Below, piece after piece: positions 9,982 to 20,286 of a stretch of 54,503 bases of DNA; the first letter of the stretch is position 1; each line of letters starts with the position of its first letter. The translations under genes were made by a program, and so were the position numbers. This DNA is from an uncultured virus (IMG/VR IMGVR_UViG_3300013006_001224). Taxonomy: Duplodnaviria; Heunggongvirae; Uroviricota; Caudoviricetes. A model generated the notes under the pieces. That model had not been told where the DNA came from, searched no databases, and saw only the letters and a list, made by a program, of their open reading frames with translations. The DNA lies in the IMG/VR virus record IMGVR_UViG_3300013006_001224. One strand, 5' to 3'.

Positions 9982-11337
9982 TTAAAAATCTAATTTTACT
10001 TTGATAAGAGCTTCGCGAGTAAATGATTTCAATATTGGCTTACTAAGTTTAGCTACTGCTAACAATTCTTTATTGGTATTATAAAGGCCTACTGTTGTAA
10101 TATATACTTGAGGATCTTGGAAGAAAGTTGCATATTTTAAATCTCCATATGAACCTGTTGTAAATGAAGGATTATTTGTGTAATTATACTCAGCATTTTT
10201 TACACGTACAAAGTAATACGTAGATTTTACTTGTTCAGATGATCTGGCTTGAATTCCGTAATTAAAGGTTGTAGTACTAGAAATAGCACCTGAGCCTGAT
10301 AATGAAGTATACATCTTCATGGCATTATCACCTTGCACTTGAGATCCGGTAGTTGTATTAAACGAAGCTGAAAGATTTAATCGATCTCCATCTAATACTA
10401 CAACTCCATAGTCAGGGTAAAATAAACCAAAGTATTGTGGTGCTGATGGATTAAATAATGTAGCTCCACCATCAATAGTACCAGATACAATATTGTACAC
10501 TCTTCCAGCTTCACCTATAGTACCTAAAGTAGTTGATGAATCATCAATCAATCGTAATACTGCATTTGCGCTGTTAACTCTTACATTTGATCCGGTATGT
10601 ACATTATTTGCATATAACGACCCAGATAAGTAAGCTAAATTGATTTCTAAGTTTCCTGGGTCAATTTTTTCTCTCCAACGAGCTCTATTAAAATTCAATA
10701 CATAAATATTATCAGTATCACGTCCGTTAATAGTAAATTTATAATCGGTAGGATTTAGTAATGTTTGAGCCCATTGCGCATAAATTGCTCGAGATGGAGT
10801 ATCATTATTAAGGTTACCTGTTAAATCAACTGAACCAGATCCAGCATAATTACCGTATGCAATAGAAAATTGCGGTTCGGTGCCAGGACCACCACAATTG
10901 CAATCTCCAGTATATATCTCACGATAATATGTATTCTGTATTGAAGTTTCTAATGAACTTGTATAAAATGATAACATACTTCCGGAGTTACATGAAAATA
11001 ATCCCTTTGTAACAGTATCGACATTGTTAGGTAAAATGTCGTCTACGGAATTAAATGTTGTATAAATACGTCCGCCGCGAGGTGGTCTCATACTAGGACC
11101 AACAATTATACCATTAGGGCCACTATTAGCATTCTGTACGGTATTACCGAAACTATCTGTTTGCATGCCATCTCTTACCGGACCGCTATTTCCAGCTCCA
11201 CCTGACGTAGTCGATCCAGGACTACCTGCTGCTAACCAGTTTAAATACGCATTCTGTGTAGCTGCTGCGTTATTTAAATTTACTCCCAAATTTGTTGCCC
11301 AAGTTAAAAAAGCCTGGGGATACTGTTGTGCTGCCAT
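9982..11337 (-). CDS. Virion structural (baseplate/tail-attachment) protein
   Basis: C-terminal YITTVGLYN..ELLAVAKLSKP..K......VKLDF, paralogous to 8131-9972; lies in the baseplate operon. Confidence 0.6.
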   Translation of the reverse strand: MAAQQYPQAFLTWATNLGVNLNNAAATQNAYLNWLAAGSPGSTTSGGAGNSGPVRDGMQTDSFGNTVQNANSGPNGIIVGPSMRPPRGGRIYTTFNSVDDILPNNVDTVTKGLFSCNSGSMLSFYTSSLETSIQNTYYREIYTGDCNCGGPGTEPQFSIAYGNYAGSGSVDLTGNLNNDTPSRAIYAQWAQTLLNPTDYKFTINGRDTDNIYVLNFNRARWREKIDPGNLEINLAYLSGSLYANNVHTGSNVRVNSANAVLRLIDDSSTTLGTIGEAGRVYNIVSGTIDGGATLFNPSAPQYFGLFYPDYGVVVLDGDRLNLSASFNTTTGSQVQGDNAMKMYTSLSGSGAISSTTTFNYGIQARSSEQVKSTYYFVRVKNAEYNYTNNPSFTTGSYGDLKYATFFQDPQVYITTVGLYNTNKELLAVAKLSKPILKSFTREALIKVKLDF

Positions 11338-11372
11338 ATTATTCTATTTTATTATTTTATCTTATTATTTTA

Positions 11373-12041
11373 TTATCCACTAATACCTTGACCAGGTGTA
11401 GTCGCTACTTGTAATTGAAGCACTGTAACATTAATTGTTACACGTCCGCCGGTCTCATTACCGATAATTAATATAGTTGCTTGCTTATTTTGTGTTATTT
11501 GAGGAGCTCCAGTAAACTGGAATGTCTGTCCTGTAACTGTAACACTTTGTGCTGATTCATTGTCGCCAATAAATTGCGGAACTGATGCACCTGTTTGCAA
11601 CGGAGCATTATTTACAGCATATATAGTACCAGCATCCGAATCAGATAATATCGCTGTATATCCATATTGAGAATTACCACCAGCAAAATTAACGGTTTGT
11701 GGTTGAATAGTAAATGATTGACCTGAATCAAGTGTAATATCTGTTTGAGCAACGGCTACTACCGGTATTCTTACAGTACCACGTGGTAACGTTACTAATT
11801 TATATTTCAACATTAATGTCTCATCTGGTAAAGCTTCGATGATAGGCATATTTTCTATTGCAGCGCCGTAATATGCAGTACCTAGCGGATGTTCTGTATT
11901 GTATAACCCGTAGTCAATTTCATCATCAGCTAAAGCGAATTGAGTAATTACAAATTCGTTTTGACCACGTGCCAATAACTCTCTCCCTTTTTTAGTAAGG
12001 ATAGCATCTACTGTTATTGTACTATTATCTAAATATCCCAT
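11373..12041 (-). CDS. Conserved virion structural protein (baseplate region)
   Basis: DAILTKKGRELLA...ITQFALADDEIDY N-terminus resembles tail-collar/baseplate proteins; late motif upstream. Confidence 0.6.
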   Translation of the reverse strand: MGYLDNSTITVDAILTKKGRELLARGQNEFVITQFALADDEIDYGLYNTEHPLGTAYYGAAIENMPIIEALPDETLMLKYKLVTLPRGTVRIPVVAVAQTDITLDSGQSFTIQPQTVNFAGGNSQYGYTAILSDSDAGTIYAVNNAPLQTGASVPQFIGDNESAQSVTVTGQTFQFTGAPQITQNKQATILIIGNETGGRVTINVTVLQLQVATTPGQGISG

Positions 12042-12081
12042 AAAATTCCTTATTTTTTAATAAATATGCATGTCATTAAAA

Positions 12082-15000
12082 TTACCGAACAATTAAATTT
12101 CCAGGCTGTCTACTACCACCACCTCGACTAGGAGTAGTTGTTGAAGGCGTTCCAGAATATATTAGTTGATTTGGATTTGTTATGTAAACTTCAACAACTG
12201 GCATATAGCCAATTGGTAAATTTGTCGGCCTATTGATACCTGGGGCACTTATACGACATCCATCGTAGTATAAATTATTTACGTTAGTAAAAAAATCGTC
12301 ATGGTAGCATGCGCGAGCTACACTTTCACTATAATACATTCCTGCTGATTGGCTAACCGCATGATCCCAATTCCTACGCATAGGATCTCCATATGTACTA
12401 CTTCCAGAATAATGATATATAGGTTCTTGGTAAACATAACTCGTACGACAACGATCTATTATTGTTTCTAAACCATAATGGCATACTTCATTAACAATAC
12501 GTGTTATATTTAAATCTTGTATTGTCGGCTGCGACCCTCCAAGAGTATTATTAGTGAGAGTAGTAACTAGAGCTACATTATTTGTATTAGGTGGTATTGA
12601 TACATGGTCATGTAAAATACTATAATTAGCACTAGTACCAGATATAAATAAATTACTAACATTCTCACTAATCGTAGCTTTTAATGGCATGTCATCGGAC
12701 CATACTATAATCTTTGTTCTTACCGCGTAACTACCGCTTGCATATAATATAGTACTCAATCTAAAGTTAAAAATAAAATCATAATCAACTAAGTACTCTG
12801 TATTGACATTGAATAGCGAATATAATTCATCGGACTGTTGCCCAATAGACATAGGGCCAGTTGTAGTAATATATGTACTACCCGTATCATCGGCAAGTAC
12901 ACTCAGCCCAACACCGGACCATCCATCTGCAGACCCCAAAGAAGCGGTATATACTGATTGTAATAAAGCAGTATCCCGCGGTCTTTCATCTACGGGCGGA
13001 GTAAATATAGTACAATAATTGGATCCTGATGGTACCATTGCAAAAGTAGCAACAGCCTCTGTAATATATGCAGAGTCGGTTAACGTAGCTCCGGATAATA
13101 CCGTACCAGTATATTCATCGACAAATTCAGAATTGTTTAACGTAGCAGAACCTGACACTATACCAGTATAATCTAAAAACGTGTCACCACTTGTAACCGG
13201 ACTAGTAGTAGGTAATACTATGTTTAATGTATCATCCTCTACCGTAATACCTTTATAAATCGGCATTTTAACACGCTCTAACGCATGTGGTTCAACTAGT
13301 AATCCGTATACATAATCAGCACGTTCAGGTAACAATTGCTTAATTTGATTGAACAACGAAAAGTCGAATTGACTAAAAATACGTATATATGCATTAACAT
13401 CATTACGATCAGAAAACTTTTTCCAATATTGTTTTGAAAATTTAACTAAATCGGGATATGTATATTCAAACTCATCACTAGGATCGCCTATAAAATCGTC
13501 TATTTCAACTCGTCCAATATGATTGAATATATCTTTATTCAATTGGTCGGCCATACTATAAAACATTCCCAACTTATTATCATCTACTGGGTATAAATCA
13601 TATCTAGAACGTTCGCCTGATGTAATGGGAGATAATCTACGAACTAACTCATTATCATCTAATCGAATCTTTTGTGAATAAAAATTATTACCACCTAACG
13701 AAGTACCAGGTATATAATAAGTTTCTTCGACTGCTTCATAATTACCACGTTGAAGATTTAAAGGAATTTTAAATCCTTGCAAGCTCGCAGTCGTTTCAAA
13801 CGGCATTGACGTAGATCCAAAGTTTGTCAATCTACGATACGGCTGACTACTAGATATAGTACTATTAACACTGCTCAAATCATAAGCTTTAGTATCAGAT
13901 CCAAACGTAAACTGTCGTATCAATGTATCAAAACTACTCGATGGCGATAACCCTGACGCATAACTAGTAGGATTAATTGTATGATCATAAAATGCCGAGT
14001 CAGATAAAATTTCTAACCAAGATCTATATTCTTGTAAATTACCATTAAACATGGTAGGTACACCATTTAAACCTAAAGATGCAGTTAAATATCCATTTAT
14101 ACCTAATGCGTCTGTATCACTTAACGAACCGGAACTACCACCAATATTAAGTATATATAACGGAGTTGGACTACACCAAAATTGATAATGACTGCCAGTA
14201 CTAGGAGTTGCTGACGCAGATACTGCATGCACTACTTTAGCATTAATAAAATCAGACTTTTTCTGTACACGTATATCGTATACAGTATCAGTATTTGGTA
14301 CGGCATTATAATGTAACGCTGATGTTTTAAACTGCAATCGCAAATTCCACCAATCATTATCATAAATAGGCGCCCAATCAGTAGTAGCTTTCAATGGAGT
14401 TACTATAGAAGCACTACCTTGCGCCATTATAAAATGCACGCGTCCATAATTACCGGATCCGGAATATGAAGCTGTATGTTCCAAAGCTACATGCCATACA
14501 TTTGATCCATTTGCTGTATTTGTAACAGCATAGCCTAAATCATGATAAAGTGGATCAACATACTCAGTTGTTGTATTTTCTTTAGTATATGACATTAACA
14601 ACATGGATTGTGCCACGCTAGGCTTAAAGCGTATCTCATGTGTCATGATAGGAATAATTCCTCTGCTAATACCCCATTCAGTATTACTAGATGTAACATG
14701 ATGCATATGTGCAGAAACTTGGCTTTCACCAGTTAAACGAAGAGCATATGCAAAACGATCTTCAATTAAAGAAGGGGCATCATTGTCCGCTAGCGGACCG
14801 CCATATTCTCGTATAGAAAGTAAAGTCTGCGGAATACCATAAGTATTCATTAAAGCTTTAACACTACGTGACGTGCCCTTAGTTTTTAATAAGTACGGTA
14901 AATTATTTACAATTCGACGCCATACTTCTGTAGTAATATCTTCGTTTGATTTACTAAATAAACTACCGGTACTCTGATATGAACCAGAAGTATCAGTACC

Positions 15001-16524
15001 TAATTTATATTTCCATAACGCAGTAGCTTGATTTCCATTTGCTAACTTCCATCCTAAACTTTCAGCGATAGTATATAAAACCTCACGGCTCTTACCCAAC
15101 TTAGGATTTTCTTCAGGTTTATATGTATCTGTTAATGCAGTAATATATGAATATAGAATATCAAAGTGATGGCCTATCATATTAACGAACAATTCATATT
15201 CACTATTATTAGCATCATTACGAATGTGTTCTGGTACTGTTTTTACTAAAGCATTATTATTTTCTATGTCATAATATGAAGCTGTTGCACTAAATCCGTC
15301 ATACCAATTAACTGCTATCGGCTCCGATGTTGAATATAAATGATATGATCCTGAATGTAAATATTTTGGCCATGGTGTTAATGCATATCCATCTGCCCCA
15401 ATATAACTTCCAGATGTACCATGTGTAGTCAAACTAGCAGTAGACTCGGTATATAACCAACGTTCAAAGCCATCAAAACTACCAATTACATTATTTTTAA
15501 GATTAGTTGTTATTGATATATTATTTTGAAGTGCATTATTATCACTACCGATTGCTGAATCTAATGTTGTTAATTGCGCATCATAGTGTTCAATTAATTC
15601 TAATTTATATTTAAAATTTGCTAAACGTTCATAGGCTGAAGAATAAAACACAAAATTATCAAATGCAGAATAATCAACGTTTAATTGAATTCCGGATAAC
15701 GACCCAGAAAAATATCTATCAATAATTTGTTGTGATGTAGATAAATTAGTACCTAATAAATCATTCCATGTTTTAAAATCGGTTTCCGTAACTGTATTGT
15801 ATTCGTCTGCAAATTCAAAATTAGGGCCGCGTAATAAATTTACTACATTGTCTTCGGGTGTAATTGTAACATTAACATTGTCAGTATACGAATCAGCTAA
15901 TTCTTCAACTATCCATAACGTATCTGTTAAATTAATATCTGCAGGTAATGGTTGGTATAAACGAAATGCAATTGTATCTGGCTCTAATACGTTTGATAAA
16001 GAATAATCACGTTGATTAATAATCTTAACAATATTATTCTTTCCAAAATTGACAGCTAAATCACGATCGAATGCAGATTCTACAGTTGATAGATAATTTG
16101 CTACTGCATTACCATATAACGCTATCCGATCAGGTGCCAATGGAACTAAACGTACAACTATCTCTCTTCTATCAGGCGATATTTCTTTAACCTGTATAAG
16201 TTGATTGAGTTCATCGCCTAATAAATTACGATGTATATTTGAAACTACTTCATAATATCCATGCTGTATATCGACAGAGTTAAAAAACTCGCCATAATTT
16301 ATGGCTATAGTATTACCAGTTAACTGAAATGCAGATGTACTGCCTCCCGTTATATAACGTCCCCCACCCGAATATAAATGTAATTCAACTGTAGGCCTTT
16401 CATCAGGATAGATAATCTGTGTACCTAATTGCATTTGTGCAATATCATCTTGTGTCCAGGATATTGCTCTTACCGCACCCTTCGTTGATAATATGTAATC
16501 TTTATTCGAAAATCTTTCTAACAT
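12082..16524 (-). CDS. Large baseplate wedge protein (gp7/P2 gpI-like region)
   Basis: 1480 aa; YLLKTKGTSRSVKALMNTYG motif typical of wedge proteins; baseplate context. Confidence 0.6.
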   Translation of the reverse strand: MLERFSNKDYILSTKGAVRAISWTQDDIAQMQLGTQIIYPDERPTVELHLYSGGGRYITGGSTSAFQLTGNTIAINYGEFFNSVDIQHGYYEVVSNIHRNLLGDELNQLIQVKEISPDRREIVVRLVPLAPDRIALYGNAVANYLSTVESAFDRDLAVNFGKNNIVKIINQRDYSLSNVLEPDTIAFRLYQPLPADINLTDTLWIVEELADSYTDNVNVTITPEDNVVNLLRGPNFEFADEYNTVTETDFKTWNDLLGTNLSTSQQIIDRYFSGSLSGIQLNVDYSAFDNFVFYSSAYERLANFKYKLELIEHYDAQLTTLDSAIGSDNNALQNNISITTNLKNNVIGSFDGFERWLYTESTASLTTHGTSGSYIGADGYALTPWPKYLHSGSYHLYSTSEPIAVNWYDGFSATASYYDIENNNALVKTVPEHIRNDANNSEYELFVNMIGHHFDILYSYITALTDTYKPEENPKLGKSREVLYTIAESLGWKLANGNQATALWKYKLGTDTSGSYQSTGSLFSKSNEDITTEVWRRIVNNLPYLLKTKGTSRSVKALMNTYGIPQTLLSIREYGGPLADNDAPSLIEDRFAYALRLTGESQVSAHMHHVTSSNTEWGISRGIIPIMTHEIRFKPSVAQSMLLMSYTKENTTTEYVDPLYHDLGYAVTNTANGSNVWHVALEHTASYSGSGNYGRVHFIMAQGSASIVTPLKATTDWAPIYDNDWWNLRLQFKTSALHYNAVPNTDTVYDIRVQKKSDFINAKVVHAVSASATPSTGSHYQFWCSPTPLYILNIGGSSGSLSDTDALGINGYLTASLGLNGVPTMFNGNLQEYRSWLEILSDSAFYDHTINPTSYASGLSPSSSFDTLIRQFTFGSDTKAYDLSSVNSTISSSQPYRRLTNFGSTSMPFETTASLQGFKIPLNLQRGNYEAVEETYYIPGTSLGGNNFYSQKIRLDDNELVRRLSPITSGERSRYDLYPVDDNKLGMFYSMADQLNKDIFNHIGRVEIDDFIGDPSDEFEYTYPDLVKFSKQYWKKFSDRNDVNAYIRIFSQFDFSLFNQIKQLLPERADYVYGLLVEPHALERVKMPIYKGITVEDDTLNIVLPTTSPVTSGDTFLDYTGIVSGSATLNNSEFVDEYTGTVLSGATLTDSAYITEAVATFAMVPSGSNYCTIFTPPVDERPRDTALLQSVYTASLGSADGWSGVGLSVLADDTGSTYITTTGPMSIGQQSDELYSLFNVNTEYLVDYDFIFNFRLSTILYASGSYAVRTKIIVWSDDMPLKATISENVSNLFISGTSANYSILHDHVSIPPNTNNVALVTTLTNNTLGGSQPTIQDLNITRIVNEVCHYGLETIIDRCRTSYVYQEPIYHYSGSSTYGDPMRRNWDHAVSQSAGMYYSESVARACYHDDFFTNVNNLYYDGCRISAPGINRPTNLPIGYMPVVEVYITNPNQLIYSGTPSTTTPSRGGGSRQPGNLIVR

Positions 16525-16529
16525 GTTAA

Positions 16530-19127
16530 TTAAGGTATATAGTTATCAAACGTTTTTCCTGGTAAGTATTTATTTACAATAACACGTGCTGAATTTGGCC
16601 ATTGTATTCCGCGACTATTATTTGCTAATACTTCGTTATATACTTTTTGTCGTACATATTCTATCGCTGTATAATATTTTTGCATTTGTTGTTTTGCATA
16701 TGTATCAACAACTTCTTTGGCGGATGTAATTGCTGGTATCGCTGTACTATTATAACTATCTATCACCTGCTGTATTGACATTAAATCTGTCAATATTGCA
16801 TTAAATTCCCCGATACCTTCTGCAGTTGCTATACGGTCATCTAAATTATTTAATATATTTTTAATATCAGTGGCCGCTGATCTTAAAGTTACAATTAACT
16901 GATCAGCTACTATTGAATTCGCATATAAATGATTTACAACTGGTCCGGTTTGGTTTAGTATCATAGCATCTGTATATCTGTCGTTCATTAATGAACTCAT
17001 ACGATCGCCTGGAGCAGGGCTTATAAATTTATTACGTGGCAATTCATATTCATCTCCCTGTGCTTCGCCCATAATAATTTGCAATCCTTGCCATAACACT
17101 GCCGCACCTGCTACAACTAACAATCCAACGCTAGATACAGTTGCAGTAGTCACGGCCGCGGTTGATACTAGTGGTATAGCCACACCTGAAACTACAACAG
17201 TGGCTGTCGCTGCTGTCGGCGCGGCAATTAATGCCGCAACACCTCCTACACTAGCAAATAATCCGGCGACGGTAGTAGCCGCAGATGCAGCCCATTCGCC
17301 CGCATCTGAATCTTTAAGGTTTCGTAATCTATCTAGCTCAATAGTACGACCCCATTCGGAAATATATACAATTTTATTTTCTTCTGATCTACTAAACTTC
17401 CAAAATATTGCATTGTTCTTTTCTAACAATTTTAAGAAGCTTGTACGATCATCTAATACTTTTAAATTATCGTTTCGTTTACGTTTAACAAATTTCCATT
17501 TATCGACGGCGTTTAATACTTTGTATATATCACCTCCCGGGCCTAATGCTGCAGCAGTATACGCTGTTATATTATTCGGTACCGAATTAAGTATAGTTTC
17601 AATCGATGTAAAGTTTGTAGCTACTTGTAGCCAAATTTGATTGATTTGAGATGTAATAGCATCAATTTGATATTGATCAACTAACTGCTGTTGTAATATT
17701 AAAATACGTGATAATGGATAATATGCTACACTACCGCGTGGTTCATACGGCTGTAATTCATTCACCTCGAACATTTTACCGCCATTACTCCAGTAGTTTA
17801 TATACTCTAAATAATCAGCTGGACTAACATCATCTACGTCGACGATATGCGGAAAGTCGTTCCATACCGGGGCAAATACATAACTTAAATCTGTTATAAC
17901 AGTTATGCCGCCGGCGTTAACTAATAAATTTATTAATCCATTTTCGCCGTCTAGGATATCACCTGCAGGTACATCAGCACTAGTTTTTAATTCCGACAAA
18001 TTATACCCGTTCTGAACCGCATATAATTGTACTGTTACTGGATCAGTTACCTGTTTCCAATATCCATGTACCATTATACGTAATCTACGTGATATATCAT
18101 CTAATGGATTATCTATATCACCAATTACATATGCATCATTATTATTATACGGAACAGGCCAGTTGTAAATAATCATTTTACCTTCGTACTGTACACGCAG
18201 TTTTTCTTTATATGTCTGTAACTGAAACGCCGTATCAAAATACATGTCATTCGGATCTTCTATAGTAAACAGATCCGGATTATTTTCGTTTGTACCTGTA
18301 TATCCTTCTGGCTTTATATAATCACCCGGATCTCGTTTAAACGGCCCACCTGGCCTATAACCACTTTTATATCGTATAAAAGTTGACCATTCGGTACTAC
18401 GATCTAATTTCGTACGAAAATTAAATTCTTCTAAACTATCAGCTGATGCTTGCGCTGTCTGGTCTCCTAGAAATGAGCCATCTAGACGCATATCATAATC
18501 GTTCATTTCACGTACGGACGCTTCTTTAATATCACTATACGTTTTACCGTTTTCAACTAACAGTACTTCTAATGTTTTGTAATTAGGTATTGGATATGCG
18601 CGATTGTTTTGAATAAAATACACACAGAACGTTGAACTTACAACTGTATCAGGATCTTCTCCGTTTGCTAATCGTCTATTTATACGTGTTGGCCCGTATT
18701 GTATATACGCATCATGTAAATCAACTGGTAGATTTATTTCATATGGAACTAGGAAGTCTCCGGTAATGCCTGGTAAATTTAAATTGTTTCCTAGATCTGG
18801 GCCGAAATAACTCCATTCCTCGTCTAGAACATCATCTAAAACATCTTCATTGACATTTGGGTATGATTTTTCTAACATGTAATTTGCATACGCATCAGCA
18901 CGTTGCACATCAACTGTCAATACATTTGATCCATCACGTGGTATGGCGTTAACAACATCTGATGTACCTGTAGGACTAATCCAAAATGGACGTCCGAATG
19001 CATCATATTGCACTTGTGATACTTGATCATAAGTATATACGCCAGTTGCTGGCGGGTAGTGTTCGTAGGTATTACGTCGTCTTGTAAACCTATTATTAAC
19101 TGTATTATTGTCTTGGGCTGTTGGCAT
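16530..19127 (-). CDS. Baseplate-operon protein with long hydrophobic hairpin and helical C-terminus
   Basis: 865 aa; ~70-residue Ala/Val/Gly/Thr apolar stretch (WAASAATTVAGLF...VLWQGLQII) flanked by amphipathic helices. Confidence 0.5.
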   Translation of the reverse strand: MPTAQDNNTVNNRFTRRRNTYEHYPPATGVYTYDQVSQVQYDAFGRPFWISPTGTSDVVNAIPRDGSNVLTVDVQRADAYANYMLEKSYPNVNEDVLDDVLDEEWSYFGPDLGNNLNLPGITGDFLVPYEINLPVDLHDAYIQYGPTRINRRLANGEDPDTVVSSTFCVYFIQNNRAYPIPNYKTLEVLLVENGKTYSDIKEASVREMNDYDMRLDGSFLGDQTAQASADSLEEFNFRTKLDRSTEWSTFIRYKSGYRPGGPFKRDPGDYIKPEGYTGTNENNPDLFTIEDPNDMYFDTAFQLQTYKEKLRVQYEGKMIIYNWPVPYNNNDAYVIGDIDNPLDDISRRLRIMVHGYWKQVTDPVTVQLYAVQNGYNLSELKTSADVPAGDILDGENGLINLLVNAGGITVITDLSYVFAPVWNDFPHIVDVDDVSPADYLEYINYWSNGGKMFEVNELQPYEPRGSVAYYPLSRILILQQQLVDQYQIDAITSQINQIWLQVATNFTSIETILNSVPNNITAYTAAALGPGGDIYKVLNAVDKWKFVKRKRNDNLKVLDDRTSFLKLLEKNNAIFWKFSRSEENKIVYISEWGRTIELDRLRNLKDSDAGEWAASAATTVAGLFASVGGVAALIAAPTAATATVVVSGVAIPLVSTAAVTTATVSSVGLLVVAGAAVLWQGLQIIMGEAQGDEYELPRNKFISPAPGDRMSSLMNDRYTDAMILNQTGPVVNHLYANSIVADQLIVTLRSAATDIKNILNNLDDRIATAEGIGEFNAILTDLMSIQQVIDSYNSTAIPAITSAKEVVDTYAKQQMQKYYTAIEYVRQKVYNEVLANNSRGIQWPNSARVIVNKYLPGKTFDNYIP

Positions 19128-20275
19128 TATCTAATAACCTTAAAATAATATCCATTATCATGTATTTGTACATTATTAACGTCGTGTATCGACTTTATAA
19201 CTATTTTATAATATCGTTCTGGCATAAATGTGCTCAATCGTAATCTAAAGTAATTACCATTAGTATCACATGATATCTGTGTTGCAGTAGTATCAAACGG
19301 TATAATCGTTTCTTCTGTTATAGAATCTTTAACGGAATAGTAACTTCCTGACGGCAATCTATAATTAGTTAAATAATGAGACTCAGTATTACTATAATTC
19401 TTTAATGGGTATTCTGGACGTGCACCTATTCGTAATGTAACAATATCTGTTTCTTTATAAGCTTCGCGTAGATTTTTTATATATGGTACATACAATTCGC
19501 TACTAGATACTTCTGTTACAGACCCAGTACCGGATAGATTAACATCATTCCATGCAATCTCTAATTTAGGTACATAAATTGTATTAGTTTCCCTAGAAAA
19601 GAACTTTAATGAACCTAGTATTTCGCCGGAAATTTCATCACTATAAGGTCTTTTAAGAACAAATCCGTAGTTAGGTGTATCATTGTCTATCCAATGTTTA
19701 ACTATGTCGGTAACGTTCATTCTAATATCAGGTGACTGGAAATTAAATGACTGGCTAGCCTCATATGAAGAACCAGTGAACCATGTACCTCCACCCATTC
19801 TGTTAGTAATACCAAATTCATTTGCACTGGCAGCTGAAGCGGTATTCCATGTAGTAAGTAAATCAGCTGACGTACGGTAATACCATGACACTCCGTTTGT
19901 TATTGGCGGGATGTCATTATAATTACCATTGCCATTACTCCAAGATTCAGATACTGGATAAGCTTTTAATGTATATGCAGTAAGTAAATCAGTAGCATCC
20001 GATGCCCTAAGACTTAAATATACAGATGATGAGCCAATGCCGGTACCAATCGGCGGAATCTCGCGGCTTGATATAGCTGATGATAATAATGATATCTGTC
20101 CACTAAAATCTAATAATATACGGCTATTAAATGTATTAGCATAAAAATTACCATCACTAGATCTAGAACCGCTTGCTATCTTAGTTAATTCTAAAATAGA
20201 ATCTATACCAGTATTCCGATCCGTAAATTGTTCGTATATTGTAGCATCTCTATCTACATAATAAAATTGATACAT
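19127..20275 (-). CDS. Virion protein with DNRLRE-like domain
   Basis: DATIY...SRILLDF...V.ESW..G....NGVSW...MNVTDIVKHW...NYGFVLK...FFSRE....PKLEI. Confidence 0.6.
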   Translation of the reverse strand: MYQFYYVDRDATIYEQFTDRNTGIDSILELTKIASGSRSSDGNFYANTFNSRILLDFSGQISLLSSAISSREIPPIGTGIGSSSVYLSLRASDATDLLTAYTLKAYPVSESWSNGNGNYNDIPPITNGVSWYYRTSADLLTTWNTASAASANEFGITNRMGGGTWFTGSSYEASQSFNFQSPDIRMNVTDIVKHWIDNDTPNYGFVLKRPYSDEISGEILGSLKFFSRETNTIYVPKLEIAWNDVNLSGTGSVTEVSSSELYVPYIKNLREAYKETDIVTLRIGARPEYPLKNYSNTESHYLTNYRLPSGSYYSVKDSITEETIIPFDTTATQISCDTNGNYFRLRLSTFMPERYYKIVIKSIHDVNNVQIHDNGYYFKVIR

Positions 20276-20286
20276 AGTACACTTCC

